Below are positions 9,582 through 20,411 of a stretch of DNA of 49,296 nt, piece by piece. The translations under genes were made by a program, and so were the position numbers. The notes beneath the pieces were generated by a model. It was not told the DNA's origin. It saw only the letters and a program-made list of their open reading frames with translations, and searched no databases. Location: positions 1 through 49,296 of the IMG/VR virus record IMGVR_UViG_3300032212_000021, one strand, 5' to 3'. This DNA is from a virus. Its lineage: Duplodnaviria > Caudoviricetes. Positions within the stretch are counted from its first letter, which is position 1; each line of letters opens with the position of its first letter.

Positions 9582-10217
9582 ATGCCCCCGTTAACATTAC
9601 CCGACGTTGAGAACGACCTCTTAATACCCGAATGGGTGAAAAACTTCAACGATCTTGTACAATACCTTGATCTGAACTTTTTCCAAGGCCGCATACTGCA
9701 GAGCATGTGGTGCAATATCTCCCCTCGAGAGAACATTGCCGATGATCTGGTTAAGGCGACACATCGACTTCAGTACTGCGTCAAAGAGGTCGACAGACTG
9801 GAGAAAAGGCTCTTGCAAACCCGCATGCACGGATATGAGCTTCAGGCCACACAAGAGAACTATGAAGCCCTTGTTGAGATGGGGTGTACGCCTTACGACG
9901 CAGACACGAAAGCGCATGAGTCCTTTGAGACCTATGTGCTGATAAACGGAACAATCGCGGGGAACAGCCATCCTGCACCCTTTATGGACTACCAATACGT
10001 CGGTATCAAAGAGGGCGTTTTTGTAGCTAAGTATTACCCAGAAAAAGAGGATGAGTCCGTATCAAAGGCGGGGGGAGATATCAGCAGGGATGAGAGCCCG
10101 ACTCCTGAGAATACGGACGCGGGCTCTAGACAAAAGAAGACGACCGCAAAACCTTCTGCAAAACATTCTGCAAAACCAACACGACCGGAACGAAGAACAA
10201 AAAGAGAAGATGGATGA
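9582..10217 (+). CDS. Hypothetical protein (N-terminus weakly DUF3310-like)
   Basis: LDLNFFQGRIL..DDLVKA segment; disordered C-terminus. Confidence 0.55.
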   Translation: MPPLTLPDVENDLLIPEWVKNFNDLVQYLDLNFFQGRILQSMWCNISPRENIADDLVKATHRLQYCVKEVDRLEKRLLQTRMHGYELQATQENYEALVEMGCTPYDADTKAHESFETYVLINGTIAGNSHPAPFMDYQYVGIKEGVFVAKYYPEKEDESVSKAGGDISRDESPTPENTDAGSRQKKTTAKPSAKHSAKPTRPERRTKREDG

Positions 10218-11800
10218 TCGCACAAGAGAGCGTCGACGCCATCAAAGCATCTATGGATATCATCGATACGGTGAGCTCTTATGTCGAGCTGAAGAAGGTC
10301 GGCTCAAACTACAAAGCGCCTTGCCCTTTTCATGACGAGAACTCCCCCTCTTTTGTGGTCTCGCCCGCTAAGCAGATATACCACTGTTTTGGATGCGGGG
10401 TCACGGGAGACGCGATCAAGTTCGTCCAAGAGTACGAGAAGCTTAGCTATCCCGAAGCACTGGAGAAGATAGGGGATATGGTTAACGTTGACGTGAAGCA
10501 CATCTCCAGTGTGCGAGATACCAGAGGGTATGAGATCCTTGAGCATGCATCCAGATGGTATCATCATATACTCCCGCAAGTCAGCACGGCGCAAGCGTAC
10601 CTTAGAGACAGGGGCGTAAGCCAAGAGAGCATCGAACACTGGAACATAGGGTATGCACCTCAGAGCAAGCGCACTATCAACTATATCAAAGAGAACCTGT
10701 TCTCACCCGAAGATGCCATCGATACGGGTATCATAGGCGAAGATGGAGGTCGGCAGTTTGCCCGCTTCATAGAGCGCATCACCTTTCCTATCAGGAACGC
10801 CAACGGCAAGGTCGTGGGTTTTGGAGGAAGGACGATCAGCGATCATCCGGCAAAGTATGTCAACACCGCCCAAGGGAAGTACTACAACAAATCACGTATC
10901 CTCTACGGGTATCATGAGGCAAAGCAGACCATCTTCAAACGCCGTGCCATGATACTCACCGAGGGGTATCTGGACGTGGTCATGATGCATCAAGCCGATA
11001 TAAAAACCGCCGTGGCTACGTGCGGAACAGCCCTGACGCTTGAGCATATACCACTGATAAAACGTTCCGAGGCGAGAGTGATCATCGCCTACGACGGAGA
11101 CAAGGCGGGAAGATCGGCGGCACTGAAAGCGGCAAGACTGTGCGGTGAACACAAGATAGACGGGGGCGTGGTGCTCTGGCCTGAAGGGAAAGATCCCGCC
11201 GACATGATCAAAGAGGGAAGAGAGCAAGAGGTGAAGCAGATGCTCAGCCGGAGCATAGATATGGTCGAGTTTGTCCTCTTGGAGATTTGCGCGGGCCTAA
11301 ATGATCCCCGAGCCAAAGAGAGCGCCTTGAAGGAGGCAGAAGCCTACTTGCACACGCTGGGTCCTATCCATCATGAACACCACAGAGGACGCATGGCCGA
11401 GATACTGGGGATAAGCCCGCATCTGCTGCAACCGCTTCGCCCTGTCATACCCGAAATGCCGATAAACGACCGTTCCGTCTCAAGCTCCTCGGTCGAAGAC
11501 ATCGCTATGCTTCAGTTTTTGAAGGGGCTGTGCGAGTTCGAATCCTATCGTCAGACGGCAGAGATGATAATGGGAGATCTGGCCGATGGGGATATCGCCA
11601 AGGCGATCAAAGGCGAAGCCCTCAGCCATGTCTTAGTGCGTGATGATATAGAGCCCATGGGAGAGCACCATTTCAGGGCGCAGCTTTCGGTGTTAAGAAA
11701 CCGATTCGCGCAGAAGCGTATCGAGGCTATCTCGTCGGATGAGAGCATGGACTTTGCCAGAAAACAGTTCGAGATCACCAAGTTAAGATTGATGATGTAG
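10214..11800 (+). CDS. dnaG: DNA primase
   Basis: CPFH..SF..YHCFGC zinc finger, RITFPI, GFGGR, KYVN, EGYLDV, YDGDKAG, KDPAD Toprim motifs. Confidence 0.96.
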   Translation: MIAQESVDAIKASMDIIDTVSSYVELKKVGSNYKAPCPFHDENSPSFVVSPAKQIYHCFGCGVTGDAIKFVQEYEKLSYPEALEKIGDMVNVDVKHISSVRDTRGYEILEHASRWYHHILPQVSTAQAYLRDRGVSQESIEHWNIGYAPQSKRTINYIKENLFSPEDAIDTGIIGEDGGRQFARFIERITFPIRNANGKVVGFGGRTISDHPAKYVNTAQGKYYNKSRILYGYHEAKQTIFKRRAMILTEGYLDVVMMHQADIKTAVATCGTALTLEHIPLIKRSEARVIIAYDGDKAGRSAALKAARLCGEHKIDGGVVLWPEGKDPADMIKEGREQEVKQMLSRSIDMVEFVLLEICAGLNDPRAKESALKEAEAYLHTLGPIHHEHHRGRMAEILGISPHLLQPLRPVIPEMPINDRSVSSSSVEDIAMLQFLKGLCEFESYRQTAEMIMGDLADGDIAKAIKGEALSHVLVRDDIEPMGEHHFRAQLSVLRNRFAQKRIEAISSDESMDFARKQFEITKLRLMM

Positions 11801-11815
11801 CAAGAAGGAGAAGCA

Positions 11816-12109
11816 GTGCATAAGCGAACATGGGAAAAAGGGTATACGAAGATATGGGATGAGGCGGGTTTAGATGATGCCCAAGAGATGAAAGAGTCGA
11901 AACAGAAGGCAAGGAGAGCGGTGATGACAAGACAAGAAACGATACGCGCACGTAGACACAGGGTGCTGGTTGTAAGCCAGAGGGATTTAGAGGAGATAGA
12001 CAGGACGCGAGACTTCAGGAGCATCCATGAGCGAATGATCAACAAGAAGATCTCGTCGGAAAACAAACTGGTTTTAGGGGTGATGCTGGTATTACCGAGT
12101 GAGTTATAG
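11816..12109 (+). CDS. Hypothetical basic protein
   Basis: AAGGAG RBS before GTG. Confidence 0.55.
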   Translation: MHKRTWEKGYTKIWDEAGLDDAQEMKESKQKARRAVMTRQETIRARRHRVLVVSQRDLEEIDRTRDFRSIHERMINKKISSENKLVLGVMLVLPSEL

Positions 12110-12141
12110 CCCGCCCCCGATTTACAGCCCTATAATATAAA
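12108..12141 (+). promoter_or_regulatory. Putative late promoter element, copy 1
   Basis: agcccgcccccgatttacagccctataatataaa, identical to 47147-47180; contains TATAAT. Confidence 0.7.
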
Positions 12142-12165
12142 CCCCCGATATCCTACTATAATCGG

Positions 12166-15100
12166 ATGGAAAATACACTATATAATCAATTTAAAGAGCA
12201 GGGTTTTCACGAAGATATCATACGTGAGAAGCTGACCGTACTGGGCTCAAAGTTTAAAGAGCAGGGTTTTCACGAAGAGATCATTCAGCAAAAACTCGGT
12301 CTTCCCGAACTCGCTCAAGAGAAGCCTGCCCCCTCGGACACTGACGCGAAGCCTGAGCCTACCGAGGCGTACCTCTCCACGCATCCTAAACCGGACGCTC
12401 CGGGACTGCTTACCGGATTTAAGGCACTGATCCCTATCTACGGGGATAAGGCACAAAAAGAGATCGAGCATTATGATGATTACACCAGAGCCGAGCGAGA
12501 GTTCAAAGACAAAAGCGGTGATGGGGGCGTTCTCAACAGGGTGAACCTTGCACTTTCCAACCAGCAGAAGTTCCTAGAAGATCCATCCGCAGCGCTGGAA
12601 GAGACACTGGACAGCGTATGGAACAGCGGTAAAGAGGACGTCGGGTACAGCAGTGATGAGGAGAAAGCCTCCGTCTCTTCGTTTTCAAATCCCCAAGACC
12701 CTACCCTTATAGAGACGGTACGCGGGGCTGTGAGTGACGACTTTAAGCGCCCTGAAACCTTGGACGAAGATATCAAGAACTACCGAAGCAGTGTGGAGAA
12801 AAAACTCGGAAGCAAGTATGATATCCGATATGACGACGAGGGATACCCAGAAGTCAAGCCAAAGGGCGAAGACAAGCCCTTCAAGCCTGTTTTAAACACG
12901 CTTGAGAACATGACATGGGAAGAGGCTAAAACACGCATATGGGCCAACAGAGAGACGTGGGGCTTTGGCATGATCGGGGATGCGGCGGGAACACAGGCCG
13001 CGTGGAAAGCGACCAAGGGGGTCAAAAACCCTGCGCTTCGCATCGCCATAACGATGGTGGGCGGTTTGACAGCGGGTTCACTCACCGAGGGAGCGGGTAC
13101 GGTAGCGCAGAGTGTTCGCGCCGGTGAAGACAAGAGCCTTCGACGTACCGGTGAGCATGCCGTGCAGACCAGCGTCGACACCTTGGCGGCAGGTCTGACA
13201 CTCGTGGGTATGTTTGAGACGGGGAAGGTGGCCCTTAAGACAGGCGTGAAAACAGGCCGTTTTCTAGGCAGAAACAACCCGCTTCATACGGTAAAAGGGG
13301 GCGCTAAGAAGTACACGGAACAGGTAGTGGACCCCTTACCTAAAAAAGGTGCCCAACGCACCGAAGAGATTCTGATACGGGCCAAGGATGAGGCCGACTT
13401 GGCGGCTACGTATAAGATATTTGGCGGGAACGAGGACGCGATCAAGGTGGGCAAGCTTGCCAGTCACCAAGAGACGCGAAACGTCATGGGAGACATCTAC
13501 GCCTCCAAGGTGGCTATGACCAGAGCGACCTTCGACAACTCCGTAAAACTGACGGAAAACCTTCAGCAGGCCCTGAACATAGACAAGAAAAGCTCCAAAG
13601 ACATCTTCCTCTTTCTTCAAGACGGGGTTAAAGGGATCAAGGAGCATTACGCAAACCAGCTCGATGCGGTTGCAAAGATCATCGAGGAAGAGGTGGGAAC
13701 ATCGCCTGTTCATATCAGGCCCTCTACCGTTAAGGTACTCGACGACCTGACCCATGAGGCAAAGTACCCTAAAAACGTGGAGAACACTGAGCTCAGCGAA
13801 GCACTTACCAACGAGTTCAACAGAGACTACCAGACCATACTCGACTCGGTCAAACGACTTCTTGTACGGGGCGAAGACGAGGCGGTCAGCTCCTACTCCA
13901 TCAACGGGATGAACCGCGTTAAGAAGACCTTTAACGACTTCTTTTATAAGCATTCCGATAAGTTTACCTATGAGCAGAAGAAGTCACTCTCAACGCTCAA
14001 AGAGGCGATATACGATGATATCGACACGGGGATCACAAGGCTGCTTCAGGGGAAAAAAGGCGGAGATGAGCTATCTCGGGCATGGAGAGAGGTCAACAGG
14101 GAGTATGCCAGCTATAAAGATATCTTCAAGAACAAGGCGATCTTCAAGGCGCTTGCTTCCAAAGATAGCGAGCTTGACTTCAAAAAGGTGGTCACCGATA
14201 TGATCAAGGGGATCAACAAGGTCGACGGAGATGATCTTGACGGGCTTAGCGTACTGGCCAAAGAGATGCAGAAGACACAGCCTGAAAAACTCGAAGAGTT
14301 CTACAGCTCTGTCATCAACGCCTTTATCGACAACTCCAAAAGAGTAAGCCTGCAGGGCAGGGAGCTGGAGTTCATCGACTTTAAAAAGTTTGAAGAACTC
14401 TACAACGGCGTGGAACCCGCACATCTGAAGCGTGTCTTCTCCGGAACACAGCGTGGCCGTGACACCTATAAGCTGCTTGAGAAGTTCAACCACATCGCCA
14501 AGCGCGAAGGAGAGATACAGCAGGCGATCATTGCTAAAAAGTTTTCGCTCTCAGAAGGTGCGATCGAGCAGACCAAGTCCGTTCAGCGCGCCCTCTTCGG
14601 TGTGGCCTACCTTGCCAAGTCGGTGGTCTTTGACTGGTGGGCAAAGTACGGTATCAACTCACTGGCCTTCAGGAAGTTTACGCTTGATCTTTTGCAGAAC
14701 CCGCGTTATGAGAAGATAAAACCCTACCTTAACAAGCTGGAGTACGACAACGCGAAGCTTCCCGCAGATCAGAGGGTGGACATCGATGCCATCAAGAAAG
14801 ATATACAACTCATGCAAGATATCAGCGCCCAAACCGTCAAAGAGACGGCAAAGAGCGATCAGCCCGTCGAAGCGATGAAGGAGATGCTGGAGTATAAACT
14901 TCTTGAGTACAAGCCGGACATATCTTTTAAATCACGAAACTTTGACAGAGAACGCCTTCAGGCAAAGGCCCTCGGCGTCAAAGAGGGGATGGGTCCTGAG
15001 CATATAGAGCGCATAGAGAACTTTGATGACTTCTCCCGAGAGCTGAAGGAGCTGAAGTCCGAGATCAACGAGCGGGTGATCGCGCACAGGAAGAACCCGC

Positions 15101-18100
15101 CTGCAGGCTCAAGCGATGACGTCCTTCTGGGAGAAGATAAGGTCCGAGATCTCTCCTCGGAGGCGAGTACTCCTGTCGATGATGTGATTGCGCCCGCGGA
15201 AAACACTGCGAGCAAGTCGGGGGAGTTTGACCTTGACGAGATACTCTCCCAAGACTACTCGGACAAGAGCGTTGTGGAAGCTTCTTTGAAGGAGACCGGC
15301 GCGGAGCTTAACGAGAGGGCGGCAGAGCAGTATAAAAGGTTTTCGTCGATGTTTGGAACCTTCCAAGGCGGGAAGAAAGAGATGAGCCTGATCGCACCGC
15401 AGTACATCGACAAGACCTTTACGCTCAGTGAGCGCGAACATATCACCGTGGTCAAGGACTACTTCGGCGGCGGCGGAAGCTGGGGTCTTTTCATGGCCTC
15501 CAGCGGGCAGTTTAAAAATGTCAAGAAGATAGAGCTCTTCGAGTTCAACCCTAACCGCATGAAGAAGATCGAGTACACGCACCAGCATGCCCAGACCATC
15601 GCCAAGGTTCTCAGAGAGGACAAGCTTGTCGGCGCGACGCTTCGTGTGATGTATAAGAGCCTTAGAGAAGAGGGAACTAACGGTTCCATGGGCGCTATCG
15701 GCCCGCGCCTTGAGAAGTTCGTCATTGAGCAAGACACCAAGCTGAGCGAACCGCAAAAAGCCGCCTTTCAGTACCTGAGCGATTACGGAAATGCCAGCTT
15801 CGGAACTAGAGCGCCCGCTGACGTACTGGAGCTGACGGCCTCCTACGTTGAGAAGATAGGAAAATGGGTCGATGAACTTCAGGTCAAAGGCGTAGAGATC
15901 AGCTACAAGACAGGCGACTCCTACGCGCTGGATTATGAAAAAGGATCGCATGTACTCGCACTGGCAGATCCTCCCTACTACAAGACCAAAGGCTACACTT
16001 GGATAGACGATAAGGGGCAATACAGAGCCGGTGTCAACGTCAAGATAGACACCTACAAGAAGACGGCAGACCTTATCTCCGAACTTAAGGATTCGGGGAA
16101 CAATGTCCTCTATACCGACGAGGCGTGGTGGAGAAAAACCAAGAGCACCAAGTCCAAGAAGGGAGAGGACGTTTTAAGCGAGGTTGACGTGAGCGATGAG
16201 TACGATATAATAGAGGGAGAGAATGCCTTCGACATGGCAAAACGTATCGCAGACAAGAGTGACCACTTCTTTGTGGTCCCCTCAAAGATCGCAGGACGAC
16301 ATGAGACCTTGGGAATCATCAACGCAGTAAGGAAGCAAAATGGAAAGTTACCTAAACCCAATGCAAAGGACGGCATTAGCACTTCAGTTCAAAGAAGAAC
16401 TGACGCCGGAGCAGATACATCAGGTGATGCAGTTACCGATGGAGGAGTGGGAGGCGCAAACACGCCTGATCATGCGGGAGGAGCTCAACGAGATCCTCTA
16501 CCGAAACCATCAGACGGAGATGAGCCAAAGCGACAGTCAGGTCTCATAGACGAGCCCCCGTCCGACGAAGCCACCTATACCAAGCTGGCTGAGGACCTTA
16601 ACAATAACCCCCCCGACCATTACGAGCTAAAAGCCCTTGAGCAACTCAGCGATGACGGCCTTAGCTTCTTCCAGAACATCACCCGAAAGATCAAAGAGGG
16701 AAAGCTTAATCATGTGTATGCCAAAGCGTATGCCAAGGCGAAAGATTCAGCGGGCGCAAAACTTGACGAGCTGAGCGATGAACTTCGCACCAAAGAGTTC
16801 CGCATGAAACATGCCCCCAGCCAAGAGAGGGTCTATGACATAGAGATACTCAAAGGGTGGGCCAAGGAGCATAAGCAGTGGAGCAGTATACTCTCGGAGT
16901 TTCAAGAGGCGACGGGCGCACTGGGAAGTACCTTCAACAAGATGGTCAGAAAGGTCAAAGAGGGTAAGGAGCTCAGCGAGAAAGAGAGTGACCTGTGGTA
17001 CTTCTTGGCGGAAAGAGAGGGTGAGCTTAAAGGCCATATCCAAGAGTGGGGAAATCCGTGGGGTTCCGCCGCCAAGCTCCACTCAAGCATCACGGCAGGA
17101 AGCGCTCTGCTGGGATCGACTAATGGTATAAGCCAAGACGAAGAGGGTAACTTTACCTTTGATGCCAAGGCGGCGATAGGCGGGTTTGCGCTGGGCGCAC
17201 TTGCAGGGCATGTTGCCACACGGCCTATGGTGGTAAAAATGGCCAAAGACGCTGCTATCGTAGGCGCGAAGCGCGCTGTTGAGAGGTTTGAGAGATCTGT
17301 TTTAAACCTGACGAACTATGTCGTACCGAATCAAGCGGTCCCTTCTAACACAGAGGGGCTGTTCTACTCCAAGCTTAGCACCGTTGTACAGAACAAGATG
17401 GCGAGGATGGCCAACGGAGAAGACGTCCAGAACATGCTGAAAAAGGCGGGTGTCAAAGAGGAGGAGATGGTCTACAGCGGGGTCAAGAAACTTCTAGGCT
17501 CCAAAGATCGCGTCAGCAAGGAGGAGCTGCAGTCGGTGATGCAGGCCAATGCGCTGGAGATCGTGCCGGTCGACAAGATCAGCGAGGCCGAAACAAAATA
17601 TGCGGAGTACACACTTAAGGGCGGGGATAATTACAGGGAGGTGCTCTTCACCCTGCCGCAAAGCAAAGCGCAGGCCAGCGAAGCGTCAAAGGCCGTCATT
17701 GATGAACTCAGGTCAATATATCAGAAGTACGGCATCGAGTACTCGGGTGAATATGACCGGAGCGCCTATGCGGAACTTATGGGTAAGGAAGCCTTAAAAG
17801 AAGACAAGATCCGCGTGATCGATCTTGACGGCATGATAGACGAGATCGATGACGGGGTTTATAAAAACAGCCACTGGAACGAAGAGAATGTCCTCGCATT
17901 TACGAGGATGAAGGACAGGGAGATCGACGGGAAGAGAACCCTCTTTGTTGAAGAGATCCAGAGCGACTGGCATCAAGAGGGGCGAAAGCTCGGGTATGCA
18001 GATAGAGGTGTCCCAGACGCCCCTTTTAAGAAGACGTGGCATGAGTTCGCGCTTAAGCGCATGATGGCCGAAGCAGTGGAGAAAGGCTATGAAAAGATAG

Positions 18101-18609
18101 CATGGACGACCGGATCTCAGCAGGCGGAGCGATACTCTCTGGCCAAGGCGATGGATACGCTGGTCTATAACAGGAACGACGGGGTGCTGGTCGGATACAA
18201 GGATGGGCAGGAGCAGATGTTCAAGCATATCGATGAAGACGAGGCGCTCGAGAGCGCAGTCGGTAAATCCGTGGCGCAGAAGCTTGTCGATGCGAAGAAC
18301 CAGACGACGGAGGGCATCCATGTCCTGCAAGATACCCAGCTAAAGATCGGCGGAGACGGCATGAAATCATTTTACGACAAGATGCTGGTCAACTCGGCAA
18401 ACAAGCTCTTCAAACGTTACGGCGTTAAAGTCAAGCAGGAGGAGCTGGACGAGGTGGGTGAATACGTCTGGAGCATGGACCTGTCTGAAGCCGCACAAGC
18501 ACAGATCAAAAAAGAGGGCATGACCCTATACTCCCAAGCAGGCGTCGGCGTTGTCGCCGCGGGAACGGCGGTGGCGTCGGTAAGCAATGAAAACAAGAAG
18601 GATAGATAG
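12166..18609 (+). CDS. Giant polyvalent/internal virion protein with a Dam-like N6-adenine DNA methyltransferase domain
   Basis: FQGGKK, DYFGGGGS (motif I) and LADPPYY (motif IV) at about 15360-15985; C-terminal FYSKL..VEEIQSDWHQ..PDAPFKK domain of large phage virion proteins; Gly/Ala-rich hydrophobic segments. Confidence 0.75.
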   Translation: MENTLYNQFKEQGFHEDIIREKLTVLGSKFKEQGFHEEIIQQKLGLPELAQEKPAPSDTDAKPEPTEAYLSTHPKPDAPGLLTGFKALIPIYGDKAQKEIEHYDDYTRAEREFKDKSGDGGVLNRVNLALSNQQKFLEDPSAALEETLDSVWNSGKEDVGYSSDEEKASVSSFSNPQDPTLIETVRGAVSDDFKRPETLDEDIKNYRSSVEKKLGSKYDIRYDDEGYPEVKPKGEDKPFKPVLNTLENMTWEEAKTRIWANRETWGFGMIGDAAGTQAAWKATKGVKNPALRIAITMVGGLTAGSLTEGAGTVAQSVRAGEDKSLRRTGEHAVQTSVDTLAAGLTLVGMFETGKVALKTGVKTGRFLGRNNPLHTVKGGAKKYTEQVVDPLPKKGAQRTEEILIRAKDEADLAATYKIFGGNEDAIKVGKLASHQETRNVMGDIYASKVAMTRATFDNSVKLTENLQQALNIDKKSSKDIFLFLQDGVKGIKEHYANQLDAVAKIIEEEVGTSPVHIRPSTVKVLDDLTHEAKYPKNVENTELSEALTNEFNRDYQTILDSVKRLLVRGEDEAVSSYSINGMNRVKKTFNDFFYKHSDKFTYEQKKSLSTLKEAIYDDIDTGITRLLQGKKGGDELSRAWREVNREYASYKDIFKNKAIFKALASKDSELDFKKVVTDMIKGINKVDGDDLDGLSVLAKEMQKTQPEKLEEFYSSVINAFIDNSKRVSLQGRELEFIDFKKFEELYNGVEPAHLKRVFSGTQRGRDTYKLLEKFNHIAKREGEIQQAIIAKKFSLSEGAIEQTKSVQRALFGVAYLAKSVVFDWWAKYGINSLAFRKFTLDLLQNPRYEKIKPYLNKLEYDNAKLPADQRVDIDAIKKDIQLMQDISAQTVKETAKSDQPVEAMKEMLEYKLLEYKPDISFKSRNFDRERLQAKALGVKEGMGPEHIERIENFDDFSRELKELKSEINERVIAHRKNPPAGSSDDVLLGEDKVRDLSSEASTPVDDVIAPAENTASKSGEFDLDEILSQDYSDKSVVEASLKETGAELNERAAEQYKRFSSMFGTFQGGKKEMSLIAPQYIDKTFTLSEREHITVVKDYFGGGGSWGLFMASSGQFKNVKKIELFEFNPNRMKKIEYTHQHAQTIAKVLREDKLVGATLRVMYKSLREEGTNGSMGAIGPRLEKFVIEQDTKLSEPQKAAFQYLSDYGNASFGTRAPADVLELTASYVEKIGKWVDELQVKGVEISYKTGDSYALDYEKGSHVLALADPPYYKTKGYTWIDDKGQYRAGVNVKIDTYKKTADLISELKDSGNNVLYTDEAWWRKTKSTKSKKGEDVLSEVDVSDEYDIIEGENAFDMAKRIADKSDHFFVVPSKIAGRHETLGIINAVRKQNGKLPKPNAKDGISTSVQRRTDAGADTSGDAVTDGGVGGANTPDHAGGAQRDPLPKPSDGDEPKRQSGLIDEPPSDEATYTKLAEDLNNNPPDHYELKALEQLSDDGLSFFQNITRKIKEGKLNHVYAKAYAKAKDSAGAKLDELSDELRTKEFRMKHAPSQERVYDIEILKGWAKEHKQWSSILSEFQEATGALGSTFNKMVRKVKEGKELSEKESDLWYFLAEREGELKGHIQEWGNPWGSAAKLHSSITAGSALLGSTNGISQDEEGNFTFDAKAAIGGFALGALAGHVATRPMVVKMAKDAAIVGAKRAVERFERSVLNLTNYVVPNQAVPSNTEGLFYSKLSTVVQNKMARMANGEDVQNMLKKAGVKEEEMVYSGVKKLLGSKDRVSKEELQSVMQANALEIVPVDKISEAETKYAEYTLKGGDNYREVLFTLPQSKAQASEASKAVIDELRSIYQKYGIEYSGEYDRSAYAELMGKEALKEDKIRVIDLDGMIDEIDDGVYKNSHWNEENVLAFTRMKDREIDGKRTLFVEEIQSDWHQEGRKLGYADRGVPDAPFKKTWHEFALKRMMAEAVEKGYEKIAWTTGSQQAERYSLAKAMDTLVYNRNDGVLVGYKDGQEQMFKHIDEDEALESAVGKSVAQKLVDAKNQTTEGIHVLQDTQLKIGGDGMKSFYDKMLVNSANKLFKRYGVKVKQEELDEVGEYVWSMDLSEAAQAQIKKEGMTLYSQAGVGVVAAGTAVASVSNENKKDR

Positions 18610-18611
18610 AG

Positions 18612-20411
18612 ATGGCCGGAATTGAAATAGAGACACTGAAAAACTATCTTACAGAGTCATACGAGATGATGAAGCCCTACCGCATCGAGGCCAGAAAGGT
18701 AAGAAGGTACGCCAAGGGGAAACAGTTACCAGATGATATCATGGACCTCTTGGAGTCCAGAGGCCAGCCCATCAAATACGAGAACGTTATCAAGAAGATC
18801 GGGAACAAGATCATGGGGATGAAGATCACCTCGAGAACGCAGATGCATGCGTTTAGCCGTCAAAGAGAAGACAAGCCTACCGCCACGCTGATCACCCAGC
18901 TCCTGCGCGCCTCCAATGAGACCACCTCGTTCTTGGAGCACAAAAAACGTGCAGACAGAGACCTCCAGTACGGGGGCATGTCGTTTATGGGCATTCAGGT
19001 CAAGGTTATGCCCAGCACCGACATCATGGGCAAGCGCGAGAAGGTGGTGGAGAAGTTTCACATTTCTCTGTTTGAGGGATACCCCGATCCTTATGCTAAA
19101 AACCCTGACGGAACGGACTCGCGATACTTCACGCGGGTGATGATGATAGACAAGGAGGACCTCTATCCCTACTACGGAAAAGAGAAGGTGGACGCTCTGG
19201 ACGCACGGCGTGACGAGATAGATCCGAACACGCATCAAGCAGACAAATGCTACGGGCGTGAGCGTATACCGCTGTGCTATACATGGTACCGGCGCTATAA
19301 TGCAAAGAAGAAGCAAAACGAGATACGTTATGCGATCTGGTGCGGTGATACCAAACTTGAAGACAAGGCATGCCCTTTTAAGATGAATCGCATCCCCATC
19401 GACATCACCCGTCTTAATCCGCCCGATGATGAGGACGTCGGAGAGTTCTACGGGATGTACCGAGATATCCTGCCGCTTCAGGACGATATCAACTTCAAGC
19501 ATCTTCGCATCAACAACATGATGGGTACTCTAAAGGTATTCTTCGAGGAGGGGGTCACGGACGACCCTGAGACCTTCATCGAAGAGATAAGTAAGGATGA
19601 CGCCGCCATAGAGATAAAAAAAGGCGCTATAAACAAGCTAAAGGACGTTAAACAGCATACCGAGATCGCGCAGATGCAAGAGCTTATACATGACACCCGA
19701 CGACAGTGCGAAGAGATCATCGGTCTGAACTCGGAGGTGCTGGGAAATGCGGTAAACCGTCTCTCAGGTTCCGCCATCGAGAGCAGGCAAAATGCCGGAC
19801 TGATAGGGCTTCAGGAGTTCTTGGATGCGTCCAACGAGCAGGACCGACGCCTTGCAGAGATGGAGGTGAGTCTTATCCAGCAGTACTTCGATGCCGAGCA
19901 GACCTACCGCATCGCGGATAAGGACGTCGCCGACGAGTACTTCACTATCAATGAGATAGAGCGCGAAGCGGGAAGAGGGGTCGTGACGGAGAACGGAAAA
20001 CCAAAGGTCAAGAACAGGATCGATGTGGGGTTTTACGACATCATCCTGACGCGCATGCCTCAGAACCGAGGCGCTGTGGGTGAGCGGCAGAAAGCGTGGG
20101 CGGAGATCATCAAGACGATGAGCAACCCAAGAGCGGTGGAGAAGATGATCCCGCTCATGCTTGAGGACACGGAGTCACCTGTGGCCGACAAGGCGAAGAA
20201 GATCCTTGAAGAGCTGGCCAAGGAGGAGAGTCAGGGAGATCCTGCCCAGATGCAACAGCTCCAGCTCCAGATGCAGCAGATCCTCTCAAAGATCAAAGAG
20301 ATGGACAGCCGGACGCTGGTCAACATCGCCAAGGCACAAGAGATGGGTCTCGTGATAGACCAGCCTCAAGCGCCCAAGGCTATCGCATCACCGCAAGCTG
20401 ATCTTAACTAG
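18612..20411 (+). CDS. Portal protein (P22-like)
   Basis: 599 aa; Y..GKQL, YENVIK, YGMYRDI.PLQDDIN, SGSAIESRQNAG; Gln-rich C-terminal barrel helix. Confidence 0.85.
   Translation: MAGIEIETLKNYLTESYEMMKPYRIEARKVRRYAKGKQLPDDIMDLLESRGQPIKYENVIKKIGNKIMGMKITSRTQMHAFSRQREDKPTATLITQLLRASNETTSFLEHKKRADRDLQYGGMSFMGIQVKVMPSTDIMGKREKVVEKFHISLFEGYPDPYAKNPDGTDSRYFTRVMMIDKEDLYPYYGKEKVDALDARRDEIDPNTHQADKCYGRERIPLCYTWYRRYNAKKKQNEIRYAIWCGDTKLEDKACPFKMNRIPIDITRLNPPDDEDVGEFYGMYRDILPLQDDINFKHLRINNMMGTLKVFFEEGVTDDPETFIEEISKDDAAIEIKKGAINKLKDVKQHTEIAQMQELIHDTRRQCEEIIGLNSEVLGNAVNRLSGSAIESRQNAGLIGLQEFLDASNEQDRRLAEMEVSLIQQYFDAEQTYRIADKDVADEYFTINEIEREAGRGVVTENGKPKVKNRIDVGFYDIILTRMPQNRGAVGERQKAWAEIIKTMSNPRAVEKMIPLMLEDTESPVADKAKKILEELAKEESQGDPAQMQQLQLQMQQILSKIKEMDSRTLVNIAKAQEMGLVIDQPQAPKAIASPQADLN

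Noticed and set aside
12108-12141. Sigma28 promoter reading of CCGATTT
   Set aside because: No conserved upstream TAAA-type -35 across copies, and conservation extends downstream to a TATAAT box; not fully excluded
12247-18362. Many minus-strand ORFs opposite the giant gene (likewise opposite the portal, terminase and capsid genes)
   Set aside because: Antisense shadows of strongly coding frames, with no RBS or recognisable motifs
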